Shown: positions 1-9,704 of the stretch, piece after piece
Layout: every line of letters starts with the position of its first letter
How positions within the stretch are numbered: position 1 is the first letter of the stretch
Assembly (NCBI GenBank): GCA_965216565.1
Contig: OZ244170.1
Location: 3,328,001 to 3,392,000, forward strand
Direction of reading: 5' to 3'
Length of the DNA stretch: 64,000 nucleotides
Source of the DNA: Bythopirellula sp.
GTDB lineage: Bacteria > Planctomycetota > Planctomycetia > Pirellulales > Lacipirellulaceae
Notes under the pieces: model-generated
Database searches by the model: none
Told to the model about the DNA's origin: nothing
The model's input: only the letters and a program-made list of their open reading frames with translations
Position numbers and translations under genes: made by a program

Positions 1-2
1 CA

Positions 3-488
3 CTTTACTATTGGGTTGCAGTCGGCCCACTCTCTGCTGAGGGCTTGGGGCTTATTGAGATGACATATGATGGACGTGATGCGGCACTGAAACGCAACGA
101 AAAAAACAGCTTCAGAAGTATTACTGACGGAACCAGCAATACTTTGGTATTCGTCGAATCCGCCGGGAAAACGAAAGTTTACAATTCGCAAGGTATCATC
201 CAGACCGATGTGTCTGGAAAAGATCTACGGGTCGAGGGTGGAGCTTGGGCAGATAATTTCAACCTTATGGATCTTCGAGGCAGTTCTGTCGACGGGCAAA
301 CACTGGGTGGAGTCTGTGCGATCAACTGTACCAACCTTCAAGAGGCCTATGCATTCCATCCTGGTGGCGCAAACGCTGTTTTTGCCGATGGCTCCGTTCA
401 TTTCATTAACGATAACATTCCGATCGCAGTGATGTCCGCGCTAGTGACTCGCGCCAATTCGGAGACACTTTCGACTCCGGATTTCTAG
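3..488 (+). CDS. DUF1559 (SBP_bac_10 / H-X9-DG) family protein, C-terminal part; 5' end lies outside the window
   Basis: Frame is open from the window edge. ITDGTSNTL..E and AFHPGGANAVFADGSVHFI (H-X9-DG) motifs are typical of planctomycete DUF1559 proteins. Confidence 0.9.
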   Translation, partial: LYYWVAVGPLSAEGLGLIEMTYDGRDAALKRNEKNSFRSITDGTSNTLVFVESAGKTKVYNSQGIIQTDVSGKDLRVEGGAWADNFNLMDLRGSSVDGQTLGGVCAINCTNLQEAYAFHPGGANAVFADGSVHFINDNIPIAVMSALVTRANSETLSTPDF

Positions 489-501
489 GGAGCACGACCA
501 C

Positions 502-966
502 ATGCCAAGTCAATCAGAGGAGATACTGCGTCACAGCCGCCGTATTTTTTTAGTGCTAATCATTACAAGTGTGGCGGTTCTGGGCTGTTCGCAACGTGAG
601 GATTCATTCGACAGAAAACCCACCGTTAAGGCTACTGGAACAATACTCAGCAAAGGAGAGCCAGCGACAGGCGCGCTAGTCACATTCAGCAGGGCCGATG
701 GCCCCGATTCTGAGTTCCCCGGAGCACAGGGAATTGTCGATGAGCAAGGAGCCTATGAACTCACCACTTATGAAACCAAGGATGGGGTGATCGCGGGTGA
801 ATATAAAATCTCTATCTTGTGGCCGTCTCGTGCTGATTGGTGGAATTCGGAAGAGGAGCCTGACTCATTGGACAAGCTGAAAGGCAAATACTCACCTAAC
901 AAAACTGATATACGCAGGACCGTACAAGAAAATGACGAATCGATCGAAGCAATCGAGTTGAAATAG
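502..966 (+). CDS. Putative lipoprotein, carboxypeptidase-regulatory-like fold, usual partner of DUF1559 genes
   Basis: Lipobox-like VLGC after a hydrophobic stretch; G.P..GA.VTF...G..DE.G.Y.LTTY...DG...GEY.I pattern; directly after the DUF1559 gene. Confidence 0.8.
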   Translation: MPSQSEEILRHSRRIFLVLIITSVAVLGCSQREDSFDRKPTVKATGTILSKGEPATGALVTFSRADGPDSEFPGAQGIVDEQGAYELTTYETKDGVIAGEYKISILWPSRADWWNSEEEPDSLDKLKGKYSPNKTDIRRTVQENDESIEAIELK

Positions 967-1060
967 ATAGTCATACCACAGTGAATATTCTTGCTGGATA
1001 TGACAATTGCACTCAGTAGATAGGAATCCTTTGTTCACAGTTCTAGATATGTACTACTCA

Positions 1061-4024
1061 ATGAGATCGAAACGAGCCTGGGTCCGCATGCTAATTTGCA
1101 TGATAATTGGAAGCTATGCGCAAGCGTCCCATGCTCAATCTACTCAATTCAACGGTGTCACGGTGCCAGGCGTGGTCATCGACCATTCGCCAGCATCCAC
1201 CGGCGTCTACCTGACTTCGCCAACCATCACCATCATGTCTGATGGCTCATACATTGCGGCGACAGACCTGTCCGGACCAGGTTCCACCGAGTTTACGATT
1301 GGGCATACCCGTGTTTACAGATCGACAGACGATGGGCAGAGCTGGACGCAGCAGTCCGAGGTTGCTGGGGCTTTTTGGTCGAGTGTTTTTGAATATGATA
1401 ATCAACTCTATTTGGCGGGCCCCTCCAAAGCAGGAGGCGATTGGGTGATCCGGGCCTCTTCGGATAACGGCGCGACCTGGACCAATCCTACAGATTCCAG
1501 CAACGGACTAATCGCCCAAGGTGTTTATGGGTCCTCACCCAATCATGTCGAGTCCTACGGCGGTCGCCTCTGGATAGCCGCTTCAGGACCAAGGGCTTTC
1601 TCGGCAGAAATTGGCACGAATCTGCTTGACGCCAATAACTGGATAGAAAGCGCCATCGTGCCTGAAGAGTTCGAATGGTTCAACGAGAACATTACGTGGT
1701 CTGAATCGCAGGTTGTTGTCTCGCCGCAGACTGGACTGGTGATGATGCCCAAGATCAAGAATCACCCCGTGACCGCACTACTGCGAGCCGACCCGAATAA
1801 CGGTCAATTGACTCTCGACGATGAAAATGATTTTGTCGACCTGCCGGGTGCCGACAAAAAATTTGGCGCTAAATACGATCCAGTGTCAGGAAAGTTTTAT
1901 GTTCTCAGCAATGTGATCCCATCTGCTCACGCCGATGAAACTCCTACCAACGCAGTTCGAAACACGACCGGCATTGTCTCATCAAAGGACTTGTATAACT
2001 GGAACGTAGAGAAAGTGTTTATGTATACGCCCAATCTAAGTAACAGAGAAGGTTTCAACTACTTGATGTTTGATATCGATGACGACGACCTGGCAGTGGT
2101 ATCACGCACATCCTGGGACGATGGTCTAGGCGGAGCAGACAGCAATGGAAACTCCAACTTCTTCACTTTTCACCGCATTGAGGACTTTCGCACTGCTTCG
2201 CCAGAACAAGTACTCATAGCTGATACAAACAATAATCGTGTGATGCGCTACGAGGTGACTCAAACAGAGTTCTGGGCTCCAATTGGGGAGTTTGCGCTCG
2301 GCAACACGTTCGCCGGTGCTGCTCTTGATCAACCTGCGGGGCTAGCCCAAGACGCCAATGGATACGTCTACGTAAGTGAACAGAAGGATGGAGGGCGTGT
2401 GCTTCGTTTCGATGCCTTAGGCAATTTTGTCAGTGTAGTTGCTACGGAAGGAGTCGAGTTCACCGGCCAGCCCGAAGCGTTGACCGTGGGGCCAGACGGC
2501 AACCTCTACATGTCAGTGGCTTTTGGGGTCAACTCAGACAAGATCTATAAAGTGGATTTGTCCGATGATACTATCGCGACGTTCGTCGGGAGCAGTTTCG
2601 CTGGCGGTACATTGGACAACCCACATGGTGTCTCCTTTGGCCCTGATGGAAATCTCTACGTAGCTGACAGACAGAACAGCAAGGTGCGCAAGTTTAGCGG
2701 AGCTGACGGCACCTACTTAGGCGACCTGTACAGTGGCGTCCAGCCTGAAGCCTTGACGTGGGACGAGTCTCGACAGAAGTTTCTGGCTAGCAGTCGAGAC
2801 TTGGACGTCGATCTGAATTCTGTAGCCCTCAATGGTAGCAGCAATAAGTTTTACGACCCCGATGATATCGGAGTCGCTCTAGGCATCGTGGCGATCGATG
2901 GTGATATCTACTGGTCAGATTTCGACAACGATCAGATTTATAAGTTCACAGGTCTCAATCAAAAAGTCAGCAGCGTCCCCGTTGATTTGGATGGCCCAGG
3001 CCGTTTGCTACACGTTGACCAGGCCGCTTCAGGAGAACGAGCCTGGCAGATGTCAGGCTCTGCAGACTGGAAAGAAATGACGAACTGGTACTATTGGGGA
3101 CGGCCCGACACCAATGAGGAAATCGCCAATCTAGGTTCCGCTGCCAGCTCGTCTTCGACGATCACTATGAATCAGTCGTACACGATGAAGGGCTTGCGGT
3201 TTCGCAACGAGAATACTTACACCATAGACGGCGCAGGCGACATTACCTTGGAAGCTGACAATGAAAACGCGGTTCTGGATGCCCAGCTTGGCAGCCACAA
3301 CATTTCCGTAAATGTCTTACTGAATAGCGATGTTATTGCTACCACCTCGAACTCAACAGAAATTCACTTCTCCAATAAGCTCGACCTCAATGGACACACT
3401 TTATCACTACATGGGGAGGGGCGGCTCTCGATCGGCAATCAGTTGCTGATGAATGGTGGTGTCTTCGTTCTAGACGGCTTGTCATCCCTCACTTTTGTAG
3501 CCCTTGCCACTTTAACGCTCAACGGGGATCTTGAGTTCGAGCCCGATAGTAGTTTGTCGCTGTCGCTCAATTCTACTTTTCAGCTGATCAATGGTATTAC
3601 TAACGCTACCGGTCAATTTAATAATCTCATTCTACCTGATCTCGAAGATGGTCTGGTTTGGGACACCTCGAACTTCTACGTTGATGGAAGCTTGTCCATT
3701 GCCCCCCTTCTTTCAGCAGATTTCAATCAAGATGGTTTGGTAGACGGATTAGATTTTCTCCGTTGGCAACGTGGTTTTGGCACAGACTTAGGCACCCAAA
3801 ACACAGCCTCTTTGGCCGACGGCAATGCAAACGGCGATCAGTTCATTGACAAGGAAGATCTCGCCATTTGGCAAGCTCAATATGGCACGCAAGAACCACC
3901 CCTGTCTACTTCGAGTGCAGTCGTGCCAGAACCAACCAGCTTAGTACTACTAGGTTGCCTTACCCCATATCTATTGCGAGTCAGCTTTAGATCCCGCAGA
4001 GAAAAGCAATCATGGCCGATCTAA
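1061..4024 (+). CDS. PEP-CTERM surface protein: sialidase/BNR-like N-terminal propeller, NHL-like propeller, beta-rich linker, dockerin-like Ca-binding repeat
   Basis: Signal peptide; Asp-box motifs STDDGQSW and SSDNGATW; repeated P.G...GPDGNLYV; ADFNQDGLVDGLDFLRWQ; C-terminal VPEPTSLVLL followed by basic residues. Start uncertain (1007/1049/1061). Confidence 0.8.
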   Translation: MRSKRAWVRMLICMIIGSYAQASHAQSTQFNGVTVPGVVIDHSPASTGVYLTSPTITIMSDGSYIAATDLSGPGSTEFTIGHTRVYRSTDDGQSWTQQSEVAGAFWSSVFEYDNQLYLAGPSKAGGDWVIRASSDNGATWTNPTDSSNGLIAQGVYGSSPNHVESYGGRLWIAASGPRAFSAEIGTNLLDANNWIESAIVPEEFEWFNENITWSESQVVVSPQTGLVMMPKIKNHPVTALLRADPNNGQLTLDDENDFVDLPGADKKFGAKYDPVSGKFYVLSNVIPSAHADETPTNAVRNTTGIVSSKDLYNWNVEKVFMYTPNLSNREGFNYLMFDIDDDDLAVVSRTSWDDGLGGADSNGNSNFFTFHRIEDFRTASPEQVLIADTNNNRVMRYEVTQTEFWAPIGEFALGNTFAGAALDQPAGLAQDANGYVYVSEQKDGGRVLRFDALGNFVSVVATEGVEFTGQPEALTVGPDGNLYMSVAFGVNSDKIYKVDLSDDTIATFVGSSFAGGTLDNPHGVSFGPDGNLYVADRQNSKVRKFSGADGTYLGDLYSGVQPEALTWDESRQKFLASSRDLDVDLNSVALNGSSNKFYDPDDIGVALGIVAIDGDIYWSDFDNDQIYKFTGLNQKVSSVPVDLDGPGRLLHVDQAASGERAWQMSGSADWKEMTNWYYWGRPDTNEEIANLGSAASSSSTITMNQSYTMKGLRFRNENTYTIDGAGDITLEADNENAVLDAQLGSHNISVNVLLNSDVIATTSNSTEIHFSNKLDLNGHTLSLHGEGRLSIGNQLLMNGGVFVLDGLSSLTFVALATLTLNGDLEFEPDSSLSLSLNSTFQLINGITNATGQFNNLILPDLEDGLVWDTSNFYVDGSLSIAPLLSADFNQDGLVDGLDFLRWQRGFGTDLGTQNTASLADGNANGDQFIDKEDLAIWQAQYGTQEPPLSTSSAVVPEPTSLVLLGCLTPYLLRVSFRSRREKQSWPI

Positions 4025-6057
4025 AGCAAATGTTTGTGCAGTCCAGAAAGTTCAATAGTCGTCTATTAGCACTTCAGCTTACACTTATCAATTGCCTTAC
4101 AGTCAATTGCCTTGCTGGTGATAGGCTGGAGACTGGCGAAGCAATTCCGGTAGGAACTGATGATAAGGTCGGTGTGCTTGCCCTGCCGAGTATCTCGTGC
4201 AGTCCGCTCGGATCTGTGGCCGTTTCTGATCGGAGACGCCATGATTTGTTTGTCGTCGCCGATCGCTGGCATCCAGCTATTTATCTGTATCGTTGGGTCA
4301 AGGATGATGAGTCGGGCACGCCGATTTTTTCGCAGCCAATCGAAATCACTCCGCCCTTTAAGACTGCAGGTTCCTCCCCTGGGTATGTGCTAACCGACAG
4401 GTCGGGCAATTTTGTTGGCTTCTGGCTGAAGTCAAACAAAATGGTTGTGGCATCCTATGATGAATCAAATAAGAGATTCGATACCCAGGGGGAGATAGAG
4501 ATTGAGGCGCTTCCTCGTAATCCTAGCCGTCTACTTGTCCGCTTTATTGATGAGGGTTTACTCGAGTGCTTCGTCACTGTAGGAGATGGGGCGACGTATC
4601 GCCCAGGGAAACATCGTGCCAAAGACTATTATCCATACGACGGAGCTGGAATCTGGCGTGGCGAACTAACCCGTGATGGGATCTATCGATTTGGTTGCTC
4701 ATGGCCTACACTCCCGAAAAAGATTATTGTCAAAGCCGAATTGCTATCGCCAAACCATGGTGCACTATTTGGGATCAGCAGCCTTGATTGGGTCAAACAT
4801 GGCCAATCTCATCAACCTTTTTTGCTCTATGGAACGAAGCTGGGAGGCATCTTCACATTAGCGAACGCCTGGGATGACTCCCAGAATTCAAAGTCACCCC
4901 AGAAACGGCCAATCATCGACGTTCGTGGCTCGGTATTGCGACATCCGACCGTTGGCACAAACTTAACGGCATTCCCATCTGCTAACGGGAGCCGCATCGA
5001 TTTAATCGTAGCGGGCGAAGGAGGTATGTACTACTATCGTGCAGCCAAGAAATCTGCAGATCATGGCGAACCCATCTATGAATCGCCTCGACACGTGTTG
5101 CAGGAGTCAGCTGACCTGTACGATGGCTCACTCGTCGTGCCAAATTGCGTCGACTGGAATGGCGATGGCAAAATCGATATTGTCGCCGGCAATGCGGCGG
5201 GCCAATTGTTGTTTTTCGAGAACCAAGGAACGAATCAGCACCCTAGTTTTTTACCAGCGACGTATCTTGAAGCTGGCGGTGAAAAAGTCCTCGTCCGTGG
5301 AGGCTATCGAGGCAGTATTCAAGGCCCCGGCGAGGCACATTGGGGTTACACCTGCCCTACAGTCGTTGATTGGAATCTCGACGGAACGCTGGACATCGTG
5401 CTGCACGATATCCGAGGCATTCACACCGTTTACATCAACCGCGGTACGAGCGCCGAGCCGAAACTTAGTCTTCCCCAAGAGTTGAACGTCGAGTCGCTTG
5501 AGTTACATGGCACATGGCGCACGCGGCCCGCGGCTGGAATGCTAGGTGATCGCATGGCTTATGTGACGTTAGATGATGATGACGAGCTCCATCTCTATTG
5601 GCGAATTGATGACACCAATCTCGAGGATGGTGGCAAACTTCTCCTTACCAGCGGCAAACCCATTCAGGCCAATTTTCTTCATGCTGGTGGAACTGGGAGA
5701 GGAAAGTTTCAATTCGTGGATTGGGATCAAGACGGCGCGACTGATTTGCTAGTAGGCACTCCTCGACATAGCACTTATCCAGAACCTGAGAAAGGTGTTC
5801 CCTGGAGTATGGATCAGGCAGGGTCCGCTGTACTCTTGTTGAAAAATACAGGCTCGAATGAACAGCCACATTACGAGTATCCAGCCGTGATGCACGTAGA
5901 CGGCGAGTCAATGCACTTTGGCCAACACTCCTGCGCCCCTTATGCTACGTCTTTAGGAAGCGAGGATGGAGAATCGTTGAATATCCTAGTCGGCACGGAA
6001 CTTGGTCGAATGATATTTTTCAGCGGCGAGGATATTGAATGGAAAATCATTCGTTAG
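4012..6057 (+). CDS. Secreted FG-GAP/VCBS-repeat beta-propeller protein
   Basis: Repeated VDWNGDGKIDIVAG, VDWNLDGTLDIV and VDWDQDGATDLLVG Ca-binding motifs; putative signal peptide. Confidence 0.8.
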   Translation: MADLKQMFVQSRKFNSRLLALQLTLINCLTVNCLAGDRLETGEAIPVGTDDKVGVLALPSISCSPLGSVAVSDRRRHDLFVVADRWHPAIYLYRWVKDDESGTPIFSQPIEITPPFKTAGSSPGYVLTDRSGNFVGFWLKSNKMVVASYDESNKRFDTQGEIEIEALPRNPSRLLVRFIDEGLLECFVTVGDGATYRPGKHRAKDYYPYDGAGIWRGELTRDGIYRFGCSWPTLPKKIIVKAELLSPNHGALFGISSLDWVKHGQSHQPFLLYGTKLGGIFTLANAWDDSQNSKSPQKRPIIDVRGSVLRHPTVGTNLTAFPSANGSRIDLIVAGEGGMYYYRAAKKSADHGEPIYESPRHVLQESADLYDGSLVVPNCVDWNGDGKIDIVAGNAAGQLLFFENQGTNQHPSFLPATYLEAGGEKVLVRGGYRGSIQGPGEAHWGYTCPTVVDWNLDGTLDIVLHDIRGIHTVYINRGTSAEPKLSLPQELNVESLELHGTWRTRPAAGMLGDRMAYVTLDDDDELHLYWRIDDTNLEDGGKLLLTSGKPIQANFLHAGGTGRGKFQFVDWDQDGATDLLVGTPRHSTYPEPEKGVPWSMDQAGSAVLLLKNTGSNEQPHYEYPAVMHVDGESMHFGQHSCAPYATSLGSEDGESLNILVGTELGRMIFFSGEDIEWKIIR

Positions 6058-6107
6058 TTCACGAAAACTTGTTCACGTATCGCATTAGTAAAATCAATTG
6101 ACTCACT

Positions 6108-7754
6108 ATGAGAGAAGGTGTTGCAGTGACAACCAAGAATAATCACGTTTATCTTGTTGCAAGTGGCGATTTGCGCCTCTCTGCCAATCAGCAGTGCTGG
6201 GAAGCCCAGCGAGATATGGAAACACTGCTCGGCAAACAAATCGAAAAGTTGGGTTACAAAATCAAACGCGCACACTCCTACGATGAGGAGCAGCAGCACG
6301 GCTTCATCTCCAGCCAGCGGCAAGGGTTGGAAGTTCTTCGTCAAATTCCAAACGATGCGCCATTGATTGTTGCCGAAGCCGTCTGGCAATATTCGCATCA
6401 CGTTTTGGCGGGGCTAACATCTCACCAAGGGCCCATCTTGACCGTTGCCAACTGGTCTGGGCAATGGCCCGGGCTAGTGGGAATGCTGAATCTTAACGGA
6501 TCACTATCCAAGGCAGGAATAAGGTACTCAACACTCTGGAGCGATGACTTTTCTGACGACTACTTTCAGTCACGCCTTAATGACTGGCTGCAAAAAGGTG
6601 AGTGTACGCACGATTTGAGCCATGTAAGCCATTTTTCCCGTGAAAACGCCAACGCCAAAGCGACTGCCCTAGGGCAAGAACTAGCGAAAAAGTTGCTGCA
6701 TTCTAAAGCAATCATGGGCGTTTTCGACGAAGGCTGTATGGGCATGTTCAACGCTATCATTCCCGATCACTTGCTCAATGCGACGGGAGTTTTCAAGGAA
6801 CGTTTAAGTCAATCTGCACTCTACTATGAAACGACGCAGGTCACAGACCAAGAAGCCGCCGCGATCCGAGATTGGATGGAGCAGCAGGGGGCGAAATTCG
6901 AAACTGGACCTGTACACGAAACCGACCTCACCGACGAACAACTCTTGCAGCAATGCAAGATGTACATCGCTGCAGTTCGCATAGCAGACGAATTCGGCTG
7001 CGATTGCATCGGCATTCAATACCAGCAAGGTCTCAAGGACCTCATTGCTGCCAGTGATCTAGTCGAAGGCACACTGAACAATACGGCTAGACCCCCAGTG
7101 CAAAGCAGAGACGGCATGCGGGTTCTTTATGAAAACGAGCCGCTGCCTCACTTTAATGAAGTCGATGAATGCGCAGGATTAGATGGGCTGATGACTTACC
7201 ACGTACACCGAGCGCTGAAGCAGCCAGTCGAGAATACGCTCCATGATGTTCGCTGGGGAGATCACGACAAATCTTCTACCGTTGATGATTTTGTTTGGGT
7301 ATTCGAGATTAGCGGCAGCGTGCCTCCTGAACATTTGATTGATGGTTGGGCAGGAGTCACGAGCGTCCGTCAGCCCCCGATGTATTTCCCCCTGGGGGGA
7401 GGCACAATTCGCGGAGTCTCGAAACCCGGTGAGATAGTCTGGTCGAGAATCTTCGTAGAGGAAGACCGATTGAAGATGGATCTCGGCAGGGCCGAGGTTG
7501 TCCGTCTACCGTTTGAAGAGACCCAACGCCGCTGGCAAGAAACCACACCCCAGTGGCCGATCATGCACGCAGTGACTTATGGGGTGTCCCGCGACCAACT
7601 CATGGCGCGTCATAAAGCAAACCACATTCAAGTCGCCTATGCCAACTCAGCGGACGAGGCAGATCAAGCCATGCTGGTAAAAGCTGCGTACGCGGATTCG
7701 TTGGGTTTGGAAGTATCGCTCTGTGGCACACGGAAAGATAAATCCGCGTGGTGA
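6108..7754 (+). CDS. L-fucose/L-arabinose isomerase-like family protein
   Basis: Motifs [48 protein letters not shown]; next to a ribulokinase. Substrate not determinable from sequence. Confidence 0.65.
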   Translation: MREGVAVTTKNNHVYLVASGDLRLSANQQCWEAQRDMETLLGKQIEKLGYKIKRAHSYDEEQQHGFISSQRQGLEVLRQIPNDAPLIVAEAVWQYSHHVLAGLTSHQGPILTVANWSGQWPGLVGMLNLNGSLSKAGIRYSTLWSDDFSDDYFQSRLNDWLQKGECTHDLSHVSHFSRENANAKATALGQELAKKLLHSKAIMGVFDEGCMGMFNAIIPDHLLNATGVFKERLSQSALYYETTQVTDQEAAAIRDWMEQQGAKFETGPVHETDLTDEQLLQQCKMYIAAVRIADEFGCDCIGIQYQQGLKDLIAASDLVEGTLNNTARPPVQSRDGMRVLYENEPLPHFNEVDECAGLDGLMTYHVHRALKQPVENTLHDVRWGDHDKSSTVDDFVWVFEISGSVPPEHLIDGWAGVTSVRQPPMYFPLGGGTIRGVSKPGEIVWSRIFVEEDRLKMDLGRAEVVRLPFEETQRRWQETTPQWPIMHAVTYGVSRDQLMARHKANHIQVAYANSADEADQAMLVKAAYADSLGLEVSLCGTRKDKSAW

Positions 7755-7886
7755 CAGTTTGCTTCTTCTGTGATGAGCATTAAGGCTCAATCCGACACTT
7801 AAACAGCCTGAATACGAAAAGCTCGTGATTACAACACGTTTTTTTGATCTCACATACTAGAAATAAAGTCAGGAATATAGCTAATT

Positions 7887-9569
7887 ATGCCCTACTCGAT
7901 TGGAGTTGACTACGGAACGAGCAGCGTCCGAGCAATGCTAGTTGACGCCTCTAATGGGGCTGAACTAGCGACTGCAGTATACGAGTACCCCAGTGGTGTC
8001 GAAGGTGTCTTGATCGACCCGAGCGATCCTAACATAGCCCGCCAACATCCTGGTGACTACATCGACGGCTTTTACCACGCGGTGGCCGATGTAGTTCATA
8101 AAGCTGCGGGAATCAAAGGTTTCTGTGTGGAGGACGTTGTCGGTATCGGAATCGATACGACAGGTTCAACACCCATTCCAGTTAATAAACAAGGTATTGC
8201 GCTGGGTACGTTAGAAGAATTCAAATTGAATTTGAATGCGCAAGCGTGGCTCTGGAAAGATCACTCCTCCTACACCGAAGCGGAGAAAATTACTCGAGCT
8301 GCCGCGAATGCGAATCTACCCTATTTGGCGAAGTGCGGTGGTGTCTATTCATCTGAATGGTACTGGTCAAAGATTCTGCACTGTATGCATATCGATAGGA
8401 AAGTGGCGGAAGCCACCTACTCTTGGGTTGAACTTGCCGACTATGTTCCAGCCTACGTCACAGGTAATTCCGACCCCAATCGGATGTCGCGGAGCATCTG
8501 CGCTGCTGGACACAAGGCGATGTATCATACTGATTGGGGTGGATTACCAAGTGCTAGTTTTTTAGACAGCATCGAACGAGGATTGTCCCGTTTTCGCTAC
8601 GTGACAACTGCTGTCCCCTCTGACCGACTGGCTGGACGACTTACCGAATCCATTGCTGAGCGAGTTGGCCTGGTAGCGGGAATTCCTGTTGCCGTGGGAG
8701 CATTCGACGCTCATATGGGTGCCGTTGGGGCTGGATGTCGCGAGGGAACACTCGTCAAGATCATTGGGACGAGCACCTGCGATTGCATGCTCGCGCCAAT
8801 GACAAAAGCGCTGCCAGACATTCCCGGGCTTTGCGGCATTGTTCCGGAATCGATTGTACCGGGAATGTATGGTTTAGAAGCAGGGCAGTCTGCAGTGGGG
8901 GATATATTTAACTGGTTCATCAAACAGCTCTGCCCAGGCGAATATGAAAGCGACGATGAAGCTCACAAGGCACTTTCTAGCGCTGCCGCAAAGCTACTTC
9001 CTGGCGAATCGGGGCTGATTGCTCTTGATTGGAACAATGGCAACCGCACGATTCTGGTCGACCCTTTGCTGACCGGCCTACTTATCGGTCAGACTCTTCA
9101 TACCACCGCGGCAGAAATTTACCGGACATTGATCGAAGCGACTGCTCTCGGTGCATTAACAATAATCAACCGTATCGAAGAATACGGAGTGAAAGTCGAA
9201 CAAGTAATCAATTGTGGAGGCATTGCTGAAAAGAGCCCTCTGGTAATGCAAATCTATGCCGACGTATGCAATCGTCCGATGCGTATCAGTCGATCTGGTC
9301 AGACCTGTGCTCTTGGAGCAGCAATTTTCGGTGCAGTCGTGGGCGAAGTTTACCCGTCGGTGGAGGCAGCACAGCAAGAGATGACAGGCATTAAGGAGGT
9401 TGAGTATACGCCGATTCCAGAGAACGTCGCAATTTATGAGCAACTGCACAACATCTACCGCACCTTACATGATGCATTCGGTTTAGCTGAAAACACGCAA
9501 GCGTTGTCGGGAGTAATGAAGAATCTTCTCAATATTCGCAGTAGCGTTCGTTCAGGCAAAAGTAGCTAG
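7887..9569 (+). CDS. araB: Ribulokinase (FGGY carbohydrate kinase)
   Basis: IGVDYGTSSVRA, GIGIDTTGSTP, LWKDH, GGVYSSEWYWSK, GAFDAHMGAVG, IIGTSTCD, EAGQSAVGDIF, LDWNNGNRT. Confidence 0.88.
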   Translation: MPYSIGVDYGTSSVRAMLVDASNGAELATAVYEYPSGVEGVLIDPSDPNIARQHPGDYIDGFYHAVADVVHKAAGIKGFCVEDVVGIGIDTTGSTPIPVNKQGIALGTLEEFKLNLNAQAWLWKDHSSYTEAEKITRAAANANLPYLAKCGGVYSSEWYWSKILHCMHIDRKVAEATYSWVELADYVPAYVTGNSDPNRMSRSICAAGHKAMYHTDWGGLPSASFLDSIERGLSRFRYVTTAVPSDRLAGRLTESIAERVGLVAGIPVAVGAFDAHMGAVGAGCREGTLVKIIGTSTCDCMLAPMTKALPDIPGLCGIVPESIVPGMYGLEAGQSAVGDIFNWFIKQLCPGEYESDDEAHKALSSAAAKLLPGESGLIALDWNNGNRTILVDPLLTGLLIGQTLHTTAAEIYRTLIEATALGALTIINRIEEYGVKVEQVINCGGIAEKSPLVMQIYADVCNRPMRISRSGQTCALGAAIFGAVVGEVYPSVEAAQQEMTGIKEVEYTPIPENVAIYEQLHNIYRTLHDAFGLAENTQALSGVMKNLLNIRSSVRSGKSS

Positions 9570-9704
9570 GGAGTCCTGTCGACCGATAGTCGTTCATTAA
9601 GATATCAAGCCAGTGAAGGTTGAGACTTACAAAGGATCGAAACTATCCGTTTCAATTCAAAACAATCTACTTGTCAAGAGAAATTACTTCATTGAGGACT
9701 ACCA

